This document shows positions 24,302 to 34,834 of a stretch of 64,000 bases of DNA, one piece after another. The DNA is from Dimorphilus gyrociliatus. Taxonomy: Eukaryota > Animalia > Annelida. The stretch spans positions 24,321 through 88,320 of the forward strand of contig CAJFCJ010000047.1 of the NCBI GenBank assembly GCA_904063045.1. Direction: 5' to 3'. A program made the translations under genes and the position numbers. Position 1 is the stretch's first letter; every line of letters starts with the position of its first letter. Under the pieces are notes generated by a model. The model saw nothing but the letters and a program-made list of their open reading frames with translations, was not told where the DNA came from and searched no databases.

Positions 24302-26074
24302 TCAATCAACAATGATATCAAATTTAGGATGATTCTTAAATATTTCTTCAATTTGTGTAGATTGATTGTCATTCAGGTTACAAAAATTAAATTGAATATC
24401 CTTTATCATATTTGATGAATGAATTAATCCATCACAAATTGCTAGAATTCCATTTTCCATATCTTTATTCCCATCTAAATTGATAAATTCTATTCTGGAA
24501 AACTTTTGCAACATTTTTCCAATTTCCACACATTGATTTTCATTTAAATCACAAAAACTAAGTTCAACTGTTTTTAAGGTATTTGATGAATGAACTAAAC
24601 CATCACAAATTTTAAATAATCCATTTCCCATATCTTTATTCCCATCTAAATAAATTAATTCGATTTTAGACAAATTTTCCAGCATATTTCCAATTTGTAT
24701 ACATTGATTTTCAGTTAGATTACATGAACTTAAATCAATTTCTTTCAAAGTATTTGATGAATAAACAAGCCCTTCACAAATTTCTTTTAATCCATTTCCC
24801 ATATCAGTATTTCTCCATAATCTGATTATTTCAATTTTAGTACAATTTTGTAGTACATTGCCAAGTCTTGTAGATTGATTTTCAGTTAGATTACACATAC
24901 CAAAATCAATTTCTTTTAAGGTGTTTGATGAGGGAATGAGTCCGTCACAAATTGCCAAAAGTCCATTACCAGCATTTTTATTCCCATCTATTTTGAATAC
25001 TTCAATATTTTGACAATTAATCAAAAAATTTCCAATTTCTGTAGTTTGTTTCACATTTAGATCACAAGAACTAAAATCAATTTTTTTTAAAGTATTTGAT
25101 GAATAAATAAGTTGATCACAAATTTCTACTAATCCATTTCCCATATTTGTGTTTTTCCATAGTCTGAATACTTCAATTTTAGAACAATTTTTTAACAAAT
25201 TTCCTAGTGATCTACATCCCTTTTCATTAAGATTACATGAACTAAAATCAATTTCTTTTAATTTATTTGATGAATGAAGAAGTTGCTGACAAATTTTTAA
25301 TAGTTCATTTCCAATATCCTTTTCAAGAAATAACTTAATAACCTCTATGTTAGAACAATTTTCCAACATATTTCCAATTTGTATACATTGATTTTTAGTT
25401 AGTTGGCAGTAACTTAATTCAATTTCTTTTAAATTACTTGATGAATAAATGAGTCCATCACAAATATCAAGCAATCCATTACCCATTTTCCTATTCCAAC
25501 CTAATTTAATAGCTTCAAGTTTAGGACATTTTTTCAGCATCTTTCCTATTTCAGCACATTGCTTTTCATTAAGATCACATAAACTCAGGTTGATTTCTTT
25601 TAAAGTATTTGATGAATTGACAAGACCATTAGCAATCCTGAACAATCCATTTCCCATGTCTCTATTTCTGCATAATGTAATCTTTTCAACTCTAGAACAA
25701 TATTTCAATGTACTTCCAAGTTTTATATTTTGATTTTCATTTAGATTACAAAAACTAAAATCAATTTCTTTCAAGGTATTTGATGAGGAGATGAGCCCAT
25801 CACAAATCTCTAAAAACCCATTTCCCATATCAATATTACTCAATAATCTGACTATTTTAATTTTAGAACAATTTTTCAATGTATTTCCAATTTTTGCCCA
25901 TTCAATTTCATTTAGATGACAATCACTGAAATTAATCTCTTTCAAAGTGTTTTTCGAAGATGCAATTCCATTACAAATATTTAAAAATCCTTCTTTCACA
26001 TCTTCACTTCTTGCTGATCCATTAACTACAATCCTAAAACCATTTTTCAGCATATTTCTGGTTTCTATAGACAA
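24302..26074 (-). CDS. RI-like (NLR C-terminal type) LRR array, about ten 56-aa double units; likely a terminal exon
   Basis: Uninterrupted 590-aa ORF of LKEIDFSSCNLNE.Q...IGN.L.NC..IE...L..N.DMGNGL..ICDGL..SSNT; acceptor TTTTTGTCTATAG at about 26068; no upstream NACHT exon recognised. Confidence 0.8.
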   Translation of the reverse strand: MSIETRNMLKNGFRIVVNGSARSEDVKEGFLNICNGIASSKNTLKEINFSDCHLNEIEWAKIGNTLKNCSKIKIVRLLSNIDMGNGFLEICDGLISSSNTLKEIDFSFCNLNENQNIKLGSTLKYCSRVEKITLCRNRDMGNGLFRIANGLVNSSNTLKEINLSLCDLNEKQCAEIGKMLKKCPKLEAIKLGWNRKMGNGLLDICDGLIYSSSNLKEIELSYCQLTKNQCIQIGNMLENCSNIEVIKLFLEKDIGNELLKICQQLLHSSNKLKEIDFSSCNLNEKGCRSLGNLLKNCSKIEVFRLWKNTNMGNGLVEICDQLIYSSNTLKKIDFSSCDLNVKQTTEIGNFLINCQNIEVFKIDGNKNAGNGLLAICDGLIPSSNTLKEIDFGMCNLTENQSTRLGNVLQNCTKIEIIRLWRNTDMGNGLKEICEGLVYSSNTLKEIDLSSCNLTENQCIQIGNMLENLSKIELIYLDGNKDMGNGLFKICDGLVHSSNTLKTVELSFCDLNENQCVEIGKMLQKFSRIEFINLDGNKDMENGILAICDGLIHSSNMIKDIQFNFCNLNDNQSTQIEEIFKNHPKFDIIVD

Positions 26075-26279
26075 AAAATAAAAACACTTATGAAAGAGTG
26101 ATATCCTGTTTGGATATTTTTTTTATTATAACCATAGTATCATGGTTTTAGAAAGGTTATAGTGAAATTTGTGGTTACTATTGAAAAAAAATGATATGAC
26201 ACACAAGTTATTTTTATAGGGTATGATAATATATATGTATGTAGTCGATGAAGGTAGCAACTAAAATCTAAGGTTTTGT

Positions 26280-26870
26280 AATCAATGAGTAACAATTATA
26301 GGATGTCCCTTTTATTTTCAAATATTGACATGAATTTCATATTGCTTCAAAAAATCCATTGGAATTTCATTCATGTTTATTTTAAAATCTAAATCTCTTG
26401 GGTGCTTTTGTTTGTTACTCTCTTTATATCTAGAAGCTTTTCTTTTTGGTGATTCTAATTCTGGCAAGTCTTTAGTATTATCTCTAAATTTTAGGATAAT
26501 ATCTTCTGCTATTCTTTCACCAGTTTTGTCATTGTCATCAATTGCCATTTCCTTCAAATCCATTCTTGATTGAAGAACATTTTACAGATTTTTATGCAGC
26601 TTACAAAGATGATTTTCATTTTTTACAATGAACTTTGATACCTTTTTGTAATATGTTTGCAGGACAATGAATTTTAGCATATCTTTGAGTACATCTGTAG
26701 GTGATGAAACATTCTATTTTTCTTTTCATAGAATTTTTGTATAGGAGTAAGTCTTTATGTTTTGCTCTTCCCCCTACAACAATTTTGAAATCATCTCTTT
26801 CAGTTTCCATGATGTTACACTGTATATCCATCTCAAATTCATCATTTATATCAACTCTCTTTCCCATCTT
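26280..26870 (-). mobile_element. Mutator/Phantom transposase 5' remnant (FLYWCH)
   Basis: IVVGGRAKHKDLLLY...YRCTQRYAKIHCPANI; RKASRYKESNKQKHPRDLDF; broken ORFs. Confidence 0.75.
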
Positions 26871-27346
26871 CCATCTTCAAGGAAACTAAACTCTATTATT
26901 GTTTGATGGTTCACATTGATGGTGAAATAGCAGTCTGGAGGGTTGACACAACAGAATGAATAGTCAAGTAAATTGAAGAGTTTCGTCTATGTATTAGTAA
27001 ATAAACTAAAAAGAGAGGGTTAGGGATTAACCCTAAGCTTAACCTTGATCATTAACTATGAAAAGATAATGTCTGAAACATAAATATAAGGATAGCCGAG
27101 AAGCAAGTGTATGAAAAGAGACACAAAGGGCGAATTTTTGATACTTGGGAAGAACACCAAATTGAAAATGTCAAGGGAGTTGAAAGTCGGCTGATAAATC
27201 GCAACCAGACTAACCTTGACCTTTATAATGAATTCTGTTTTAAATAGTACCAATATATTAAAGAAATGCCAGGATTTTTCCAAAAGAATTTGTATTTGAC
27301 CTGAGTTCACATTATCAAAGGTTTATTAGGATGAAATGCGACAATT

Positions 27347-27620
27347 TTATATTTCACATGAAAGACTGTTACATGACACCTCCTGTAACAAATTGTACAA
27401 CAACGTGTTGCGTATAGGTATAACAGGAGCTGGTGTAGGTGGAATACATTGGAAACATTTGGTCGTAGTTTGTCGTTTTCTAAGAGGACCAGAATGACCC
27501 ACCTGACCTTCAGGACCAGGAGGACCTGTCAGACTTTTAACACCATGAATGCCTTGTGAACCATCATTATTAGAAGCTGTTTGCGGACCTGTAGGTATTT
27601 CACATTGTTTTCCAAAACTT
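27347..27620 (-). pseudogene. Short degenerate collagen-like fragment
   Basis: GSQGIHGVKSLTGPPGPEGQVGHSGPLRKRQ...CFQCIPPTP; interrupted Gly-X-Y; no intact gene model. Confidence 0.4.
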
Positions 27621-28536
27621 TGCTTAGATTGAATGTGGCAATGAAAGAGCTGCGGTGCTTTTATAGCGTTAGACAAGAAGTTTAAACAATAGGTTAATGG
27701 TTTCAAAGTGGCTTGTCTACTTATATTCTAAATCTAACTTAATCCTACATTCTTTTTAAATTTTCTATTACTTGACAAAGATTTTGTTCAAGCTGAAATA
27801 ATACCTTTCAAAATGATCTATTATGTCTAAAAGATAGCTTAAACTGAAAGTTGATTGGGGTGAAAAGATCATGTCAATGGCGGAAGAAAGGATATAGACG
27901 AATCATAACAATTTTCTCTACAAAACCAGATTTTAGAACTTTATAAGAAAGATGACCAACTTTTATCAACAATTTCCAAATCTGAAATTTGTTACATTTC
28001 TATACTGTTTAATATTTTAGGGTTTGGGGTAATTAAAAAGGTTACGCAAAGACCAGGGCCAATTGTAAAGCCAGTTAACAATATATTCATGAAATGTTTC
28101 TATTTGTGAACATATTTCACAGAATTTACTAATAGACAATCAACATAAAAACTGTTAAATAATGGATACTCGGTACCTAAGTAATACATTTATTAACAAA
28201 GCAAATTTCTATTAAAAACATTCAAACTAAAAGCTCTTAGAACAAAGTCATTTTCGAGGCCTATATGTTTTTGATAATAAATCTAATAACTACTTAATAT
28301 ATCTAAACTGTCTACTTAATTAGTCATAATCAATAAATGACTTACTTTTATGAGTATTTAATGAGCACTAAATCCATTAGAGTCAATAGGAAACTGTTAC
28401 TTTGTAAGTGTTCATAAATATTTGAAAATTTTCTCATTGCAAAAAAACTGTATTTTTCTCAGTTTGTTTCCAGATTCTTTTACTAACCAGATCAGAACCA
28501 AACAATTTTTTATAGAGATTGCTCAAAACATTCAAA

Positions 28537-29350
28537 ATGAATATTGTGATTCTTCTGTTGAAGATAATATTAATGCTAAACAATTCTATTGTTAAAACTG
28601 ATAGTAAATAGTATTTTTTCTTTGAACATAGTTTTAATAATCACATTTCAATTTTCTATGTTTCAGGTTGTTCATATACTATAGAAACCAATTTAAATAT
28701 TGAAAATCATGGATATATTCCACCAGGGCACAATGTCCATTTTTTTTCAGCACCTAGACAAGTCTGTGAATTTATCTGTAATAAATATCCTTCCTGCAGG
28801 TTAGAATTCTTTTTTATATAACTGTTTGTTCTCATACAAAACAAAGTTCAAATTTTATGTAAAAGGTCAATTGTGTACAAATCTTTTCCAAGCACATGTT
28901 ATTTAAAGACCAAAATAAAATCAGAAGTTACTACTAAAGAAGAGTCAGTGTCATATTATGAGAAACAGGCTGGATGTGGTTTGAAAATTATAAAACCTAA
29001 ATATACACTAGTTCTATATTTCAATATCTTTTACAGAGTGTTCTTTGAAGAAGTATCCTAAAAAAACTATGACAAGAGAATTGATCTATTCAGATTCATT
29101 CAGTAATTTGGCAGAGTGCCAAAATTTTTGCCATAGTAAATATAATTGTTTGTAAGTATTTTTACTTAAAATCTAAAAATCTGTTTATGGTTTCTTATTA
29201 ATTTTGTTATGAATTATAACAACTAGGTCATTTCAATACAATAATTCAAATGGAGAATGTAAATTGAATGAAATAACAAAGATAATTAATCCAAATTTAA
29301 TTGCTTTATCAGATAAATATGATTACTTTGAACTAAATGAAGAATGCTGT
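28537..29350 (+). CDS. Secreted protein with two PAN/apple domains (5 or more exons)
   Basis: MNIVILLLKIILMLNNSIVKTD|SCSY...VCEFICNKYPSC|RSIVYKSFPSTCYLK...GC|ECSLKK...AECQNFCHSKYNC|SFQYNNSNGECKLNE...DYFELNEEC; all junctions GT-AG and in phase; 3' end unresolved. Confidence 0.7.
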
Positions 29351-29689
29351 TTGTATATTTTTATTTATTTATATTTTTTATATATTCAATTCATTCTAAA
29401 ACAACAAATCATTCAAATCATGAACAATAAAATCTAAATCATTTTTTGGCTGAACAAACAAATAAGGTTACTAGGCTTACATTAATGTATATTGAAATGT
29501 AAAGTATTTTCATTGTCAAGTATTTTTAAAGACAAAAATTGGAATTTCTATCTCTGGAATTCCAATAACAATCTGAAAAATAGATTGAGATATCTTCTTT
29601 GATAGATTCTTAATATTTTACTTATAAAGCTGAGGAGATTGGTTGAACTAAGTTCAAGTTGACTAATTAAAAAAAGAGGAGGATTACAG

Positions 29690-32600
29690 TTGTGACGAAC
29701 CAGAAATTCCTACAATTACATTACAACAAAGTACAAATGTGGTGCAGTCGACAGCCCACAATGCTACTTCAATGAATGTTATTTTGGTTTATGAGAATGA
29801 CAAAGCCAGAGCCAAGGAAGTAGATGAGTATCTTTCAAAAATTAATGAATTAATGTTGAGAATTAAAAGTAGTGGAGCCAAAGTTGATGGTAATAGCTTT
29901 TTAAAGTACCATTTGATGACTGGGGCAGCTACAATTCCTGAAGGTATGGTTAATCCTGATCCTACTCAACCAAAATTCAGTGGCATTCAAGATAATGCTT
30001 TGGAGAAGACAATTGCAAGTCTTCTAATTGATGCTAATGAGAAACCTAATACTACTTTGCTGAGACCCTATTCTGGTAGCAAAGATACCTGGGCCTTTAA
30101 GAGGAACTTTCAAACAGCTTGTGAATTAAACCTTTGGGATACAGAGGAGAAAAGAATTTGAATGCTGAGAAAATACACTACCGGAAGAGCCAGAGATGTT
30201 ATTGAAAGTTTACCCTCCATGGCAAATGAAAATGAAATTTGGGATGCATTGGATGAAGAATTTAGCCCAGATCCTATGGCTTACAAAAAAGAAATTGATA
30301 GATTGAGACAGTTCAATGATGACACTGTCCAAAGTTTTGTTAGAAGAAGTAAAGAACTTGTGGAAAAATTCCTACCATTCAATACTACTGAAATGGTTTG
30401 TGTTGCTGAAAGAGTTAGAGAACTTCAACTGTTAACTGTATTCAGGAATGGTCTTAAAGGAAAAATTGTTAATCATGTGGAAAAAGATGAAAAGATTAAC
30501 TCAGTTAATCAGTATATTAAATTGGTAAAAAGAGCAGAAATATTTTTTGATAATGCAAGAAAGGAAAGTGAAAATGAATTCAAACAGTACAAAAGGAGAT
30601 TTGACAACAATCAGAGTAACTCAAATCAAAATGAACATACATTTAAACCTTTTTCTCAAAATAGATTTCAACAACAAAGAAATGGAAATGCAGGAAATAA
30701 TGAAAAAGGCAGCTTTAACAGACTAATTACATGTTGGACCTGATGAACCTAATGAAACTGAAATTTCTAAAGGAAGAATGGCAATATTTAATTTCAAAGA
30801 AGAGAAAATTGCACATTTTAAGTGTACTTCTTTGGTAAAAGGCAGAAAAGATTTCCAATTTCATATGAAAAATCATAATGGAAGAGAGGTTATTGCTTTA
30901 TATGATTCAGGAGCACTTTTGTCATTTATTACAGAAAAAGAAATCAGGTTAATGGATTCTAAATTCATCAAGAAAGAAACTACTGGCTTACCAATCATCA
31001 CTTCAGCAGAGGGAAATGCTTTAAAGACAAAAGGAAAAGCAAAACTGAATATTCAATTTAATGGAAGAATTATGGAACAAGAATTCTTTATTATGGAAAA
31101 ACTAGATATGGCTATAATACTTGGTTGTGATTTCTTAGAAAATGCTGGAGCTCTTATTGATTTTGCAACAAAACAAGTTTCTCTTCCATTCTTTATCAGA
31201 AAAGGACAACCAGTTAGAAAGTTTTTGCAATATAACAAAAATCACCAGACAAAATTTGGAAAACAAGGCAGTGTAAAAAAAGTAACTGTTGGAATGATGG
31301 GACAGTATTTTGAAGATTCTGACACTCAATCTGAAGTTTTTGATATTCCATCTGAAGTTTCAGATAGTGTGGACTCAGAAATGGAAGTTACTGATCAAGA
31401 TACTGGCTATGATACAAGCAACACTTATGGTTCAAGCATAGTTTATGAGGGATTCAATGGTTTGATTCAAATAGCAATTATGGCACAGATGAAAGTTCCA
31501 GTACTTCTGAAAATTATGATACAGAAACAAGTATTGAATCAGATCACAGCCCAGACTCAGATTTGGATATAATCAATGGTACAAGCTCATCTGAAGATGA
31601 AATTAGTGATTCAACTGATTCTCATAATGGTTCAATGATTGTTATAGACTCATCTGAAGAAGAGCTTGATAACGTAACTGAGCCTGATAATGATTCAATG
31701 ATTGTTATAGACTCATCTGAAGAAGAGACCAGTAACACAATTGAGTCTGACAATGATTCCATAATGGTTATAGACTCATCTGATGAAGAGACTGGAAACA
31801 TACCTAAGTCTGGCAATGACTCAGTTATTCTCATAAATTCCTCTGAAGAAGAAACTGAAGACTTAGCTAAGGAAATGGAAATGAAACCACAATGCATAGA
31901 ATTAGAAGATGGAATAACTATCAAAGTGGAAAAAGAACAAAAGAAAAATCCAGTAACTCCTGAAATAGAAGAATTACAGTTGGAAAGCATTGAATTTGAA
32001 CATTTGTCTAATCAAAATGTACACAATATTAATTCAAATACACTAGAAATTGACAATTATTTACATGTGTCCAAAAATAATCTTGACAAGAACAGAGAAG
32101 AATTAAAAGAAATGATAAAGAATTATGAAGATATTATTGCTACAAAATAAGAATGACATTGGTTCACCAGATGTTCCACCAATGGCAATTGAATTATTGG
32201 AAGATATAAAGCCTTTCAAACAAAGACCATACAGATTGCCACCCAACAAACAGCAGGAATGCAGGGATCAATTAAATGGATTATTGGAAAATGGTCTAAT
32301 TAGAGCAAGCAAAAGCCAATGGGCTTCACCCATTGTTTTTGTGAAAAAGAAAGAAGGAACATTAAGAATTGTGTGGATTACAGAAAACTTAACAAGCAAT
32401 CAAAAAAGAATTGTTATCCAATCCCACATCAAGAAGATTTATTTGATAAGCTTGGAGGAGGCCACATATATTTTTCTATATTGGATTTAACAAGTGCATT
32501 TCATCATATTCCAATCAAAGAAGAAGATAAGGAGAAAACTGCTTTTATTACACCATTTGGTTTATTTGAATTCAACCACATGCCATTTGGTTTGGCAAAT

Positions 32601-32834
32601 GCACCTTCACACTTCAGCTATATCATGCCAAATTTTGTTATTAATGGATTGGAAAACTTCTGCATTAATTATATGGATGATATTATAGTTTTTACCAAAA
32701 CATTGGAAGAACACTTTGTAGCTCTACAGAAACTTATGGAAAGAATCAAGGAAAAAGACTTTAGAATTAAACTGAGCAAATGTGCATTCTTACAAGAATC
32801 AGTTCAATTCCTTGGTCATAGAATTACACAGAGA
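29690..32834 (+). mobile_element. Ty3/Gypsy LTR retrotransposon internal region (gag-pro-spacer-RT), degenerate and 3' truncated
   Basis: Gag 29739-30743 with in-frame TGA 30159-30161 and broken knuckle ITCWT*; protease VIALYDSGALLSFI...ILGCDFL; RT PFKQRPYRLP, QWASPIVFVKKK, MPFGLANAP, YMDD, LSKCAF...FLGH; several frameshifts; ends at N 32835. Confidence 0.92.
31632..31856 (+). repeat. 63-bp-period coding tandem repeat (4 units) in the Gypsy pro-RT spacer
   Basis: Units start at 31632, 31695, 31758 and 31821: SMIVIDSSEEE, SMIVIDSSEEE, SIMVIDSSDEE, SVILINSSEEE. Confidence 0.9.
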
Positions 32835-34834
32835 NGGGGTCGGGAAAAAACGTCCTTGGGAAAAAACGTCCCTGGGAAAAAACGTCCCAGGGCGGGAAAA
32901 AACGTCCTAATTGTTGGGAAAAAACGTCCTATGCCTGGCTAAAGATATACTTGGCATAATTATTTATACTTATAATCAGAAATGTTTTTCTCTTTGCTGT
33001 TTATTTCATTTATAGAATAAAATATTAATATTTTTGAAGAAAGGGATATGTATTGTGATGTTTTTACCAGTTTTCTCTGAATTATGTAATGCTATTAAAA
33101 GAGAAATGAGTTATTTCCTTGTCTTGTCTGTAAGTGAAAGATAAATTTTGCATTTCTTGGCATATTTTCAGGCTAATTTGTTTTTTAAGCATTGAAACTC
33201 TGGTATTGATTTAGTTTATTGAATATTACAAGATTATACATTGTTTAAGAACACTTCTTTCCAGTGAGTTATTATTTATAATTTTTGTATAGGCAGCCAT
33301 ATTTGATAGTTGAAAGTGAATTTATTTTTGCAGAAACTTAGTAATGGCACCTGTTGTATTAATTGTAATAAAAGATTTTATGGCAGACAGAGAAAGATGA
33401 AATGCAATGACTGCCAAGATTATGTCCATGCCAAATGCATCAAAGGTCTGTCTCTTTATATGTTTTTATTAAATTATTCACTTTTTTCATTTTCAATTTA
33501 GAATCTGAAAGAGTATTTTGCAATAATTGTGCAGAAAAGTTCAGGATTCATGAAACTACATGTTCACTTTGTCATCATATCTGTAAAGGTGATATTTACT
33601 ATGTAAAACATACATTTATTTAACTTTGCTTAATATTACAGAAATGAAAGATGATAAGTGTTCTTCATGCAAAAGTTTGAGTGAAAGATATTGTCTCATT
33701 AGTTTATCAGATGTGATCAATGATGATCCTATTGTAAAAGCTGCTCTGAGTTGTACTCATAATAATATGGTTAAAGACAATTGTAGTCTTAAAGAAGTTA
33801 GCAATACTTCTAATATGGAGGAAAATTTATTGCATGAAAATGAAACTGAAAATAATGAGAATATGGAAAGCTCAGACAAATTTCATATTATTATTGGTGG
33901 AAGTCAAAAAGGGAAAGATATTTTGACCAACAATGGCTATGCTTTTAATATAAAATCTAGAAGTGACAAGAGAACCATCTGGAGATGTTCTGTTAGAAAT
34001 AAGAATATTCAATGTCCAGTTATTATTCAACAAAAAGAAATATTTTCATAAAGAGTAAACATGAACACAATCATAACAAAAGGAAAAGCCTTATTGTGAA
34101 TATTTCTGCTAGAAAAGAATTGAGAGCAATCTCTAATGCAGACATCAAGTCATCTGGAAGAGCAATTGCTGAAGATCTATTAATTAATTTAAATAAAAGT
34201 GAAAATAACCTACCAAAACTGGAAAATCTGAGGAGATTAGCCAATATCAATAGGCAAAATCAAGGCCTAAAGAACCAAACGAAATTGATTTTGAACTTAA
34301 TACAACATTTATACCAGATGATTTTCTTCAAAGTGATATTGTTGTAAGAAATCAAAGAGTTTTACTATTTGCTTCTAAGCACCAGCTGTCTTTATTATGT
34401 AAAAGTAAAGTATGGTATTTAGATGGCACTTTCAAGGCTGTGAAGGATCCATTTGTACAGCTTTTTTCTGTTCATTCTTTTATTAAAAATGATGGAGAAG
34501 CAAAACAAATTCCATTAGCATTTGCTTTTTAACATCAAAGAAAAAAAAAGTGTACAAAATGATTCTTAAAGTAAGTATGATTTGGTTGCTTAATTCTGTT
34601 TCATTAACTTCATCTTATCAAAAGGAGATTCAAAAATTGACAAATGGTTTTCAACCTGACAAATTTGTAGTTGATTTTGAATTAGGTATATGGAGTGCTC
34701 TTAACTCAGTTTACCCTAATATTCCTATTCAAGGTTGTGTCTTCCATTGGACACAAGCTGTCTACAGAAAAATTCAAGTAAGCTTATATTTAAATTCAGT
34801 GCTTGGCCTTATTATTAAATTATTGTAGAATTTG

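Noticed and set aside
32820-32845. Outer Phantom inserted into the Gypsy RT
   Set aside because: The junction is an N (32835), the Gypsy does not resume after 38421, and no TSD is shared. Probably an assembly join.
32836-32930. CRISPR-like array in the GC-rich short repeats (also 37440-37583, 38290-38421 and 39920-40025)
   Set aside because: No unique spacers; the arrays are inverted pairs flanking MULE transposases in a eukaryotic, intron-containing context.
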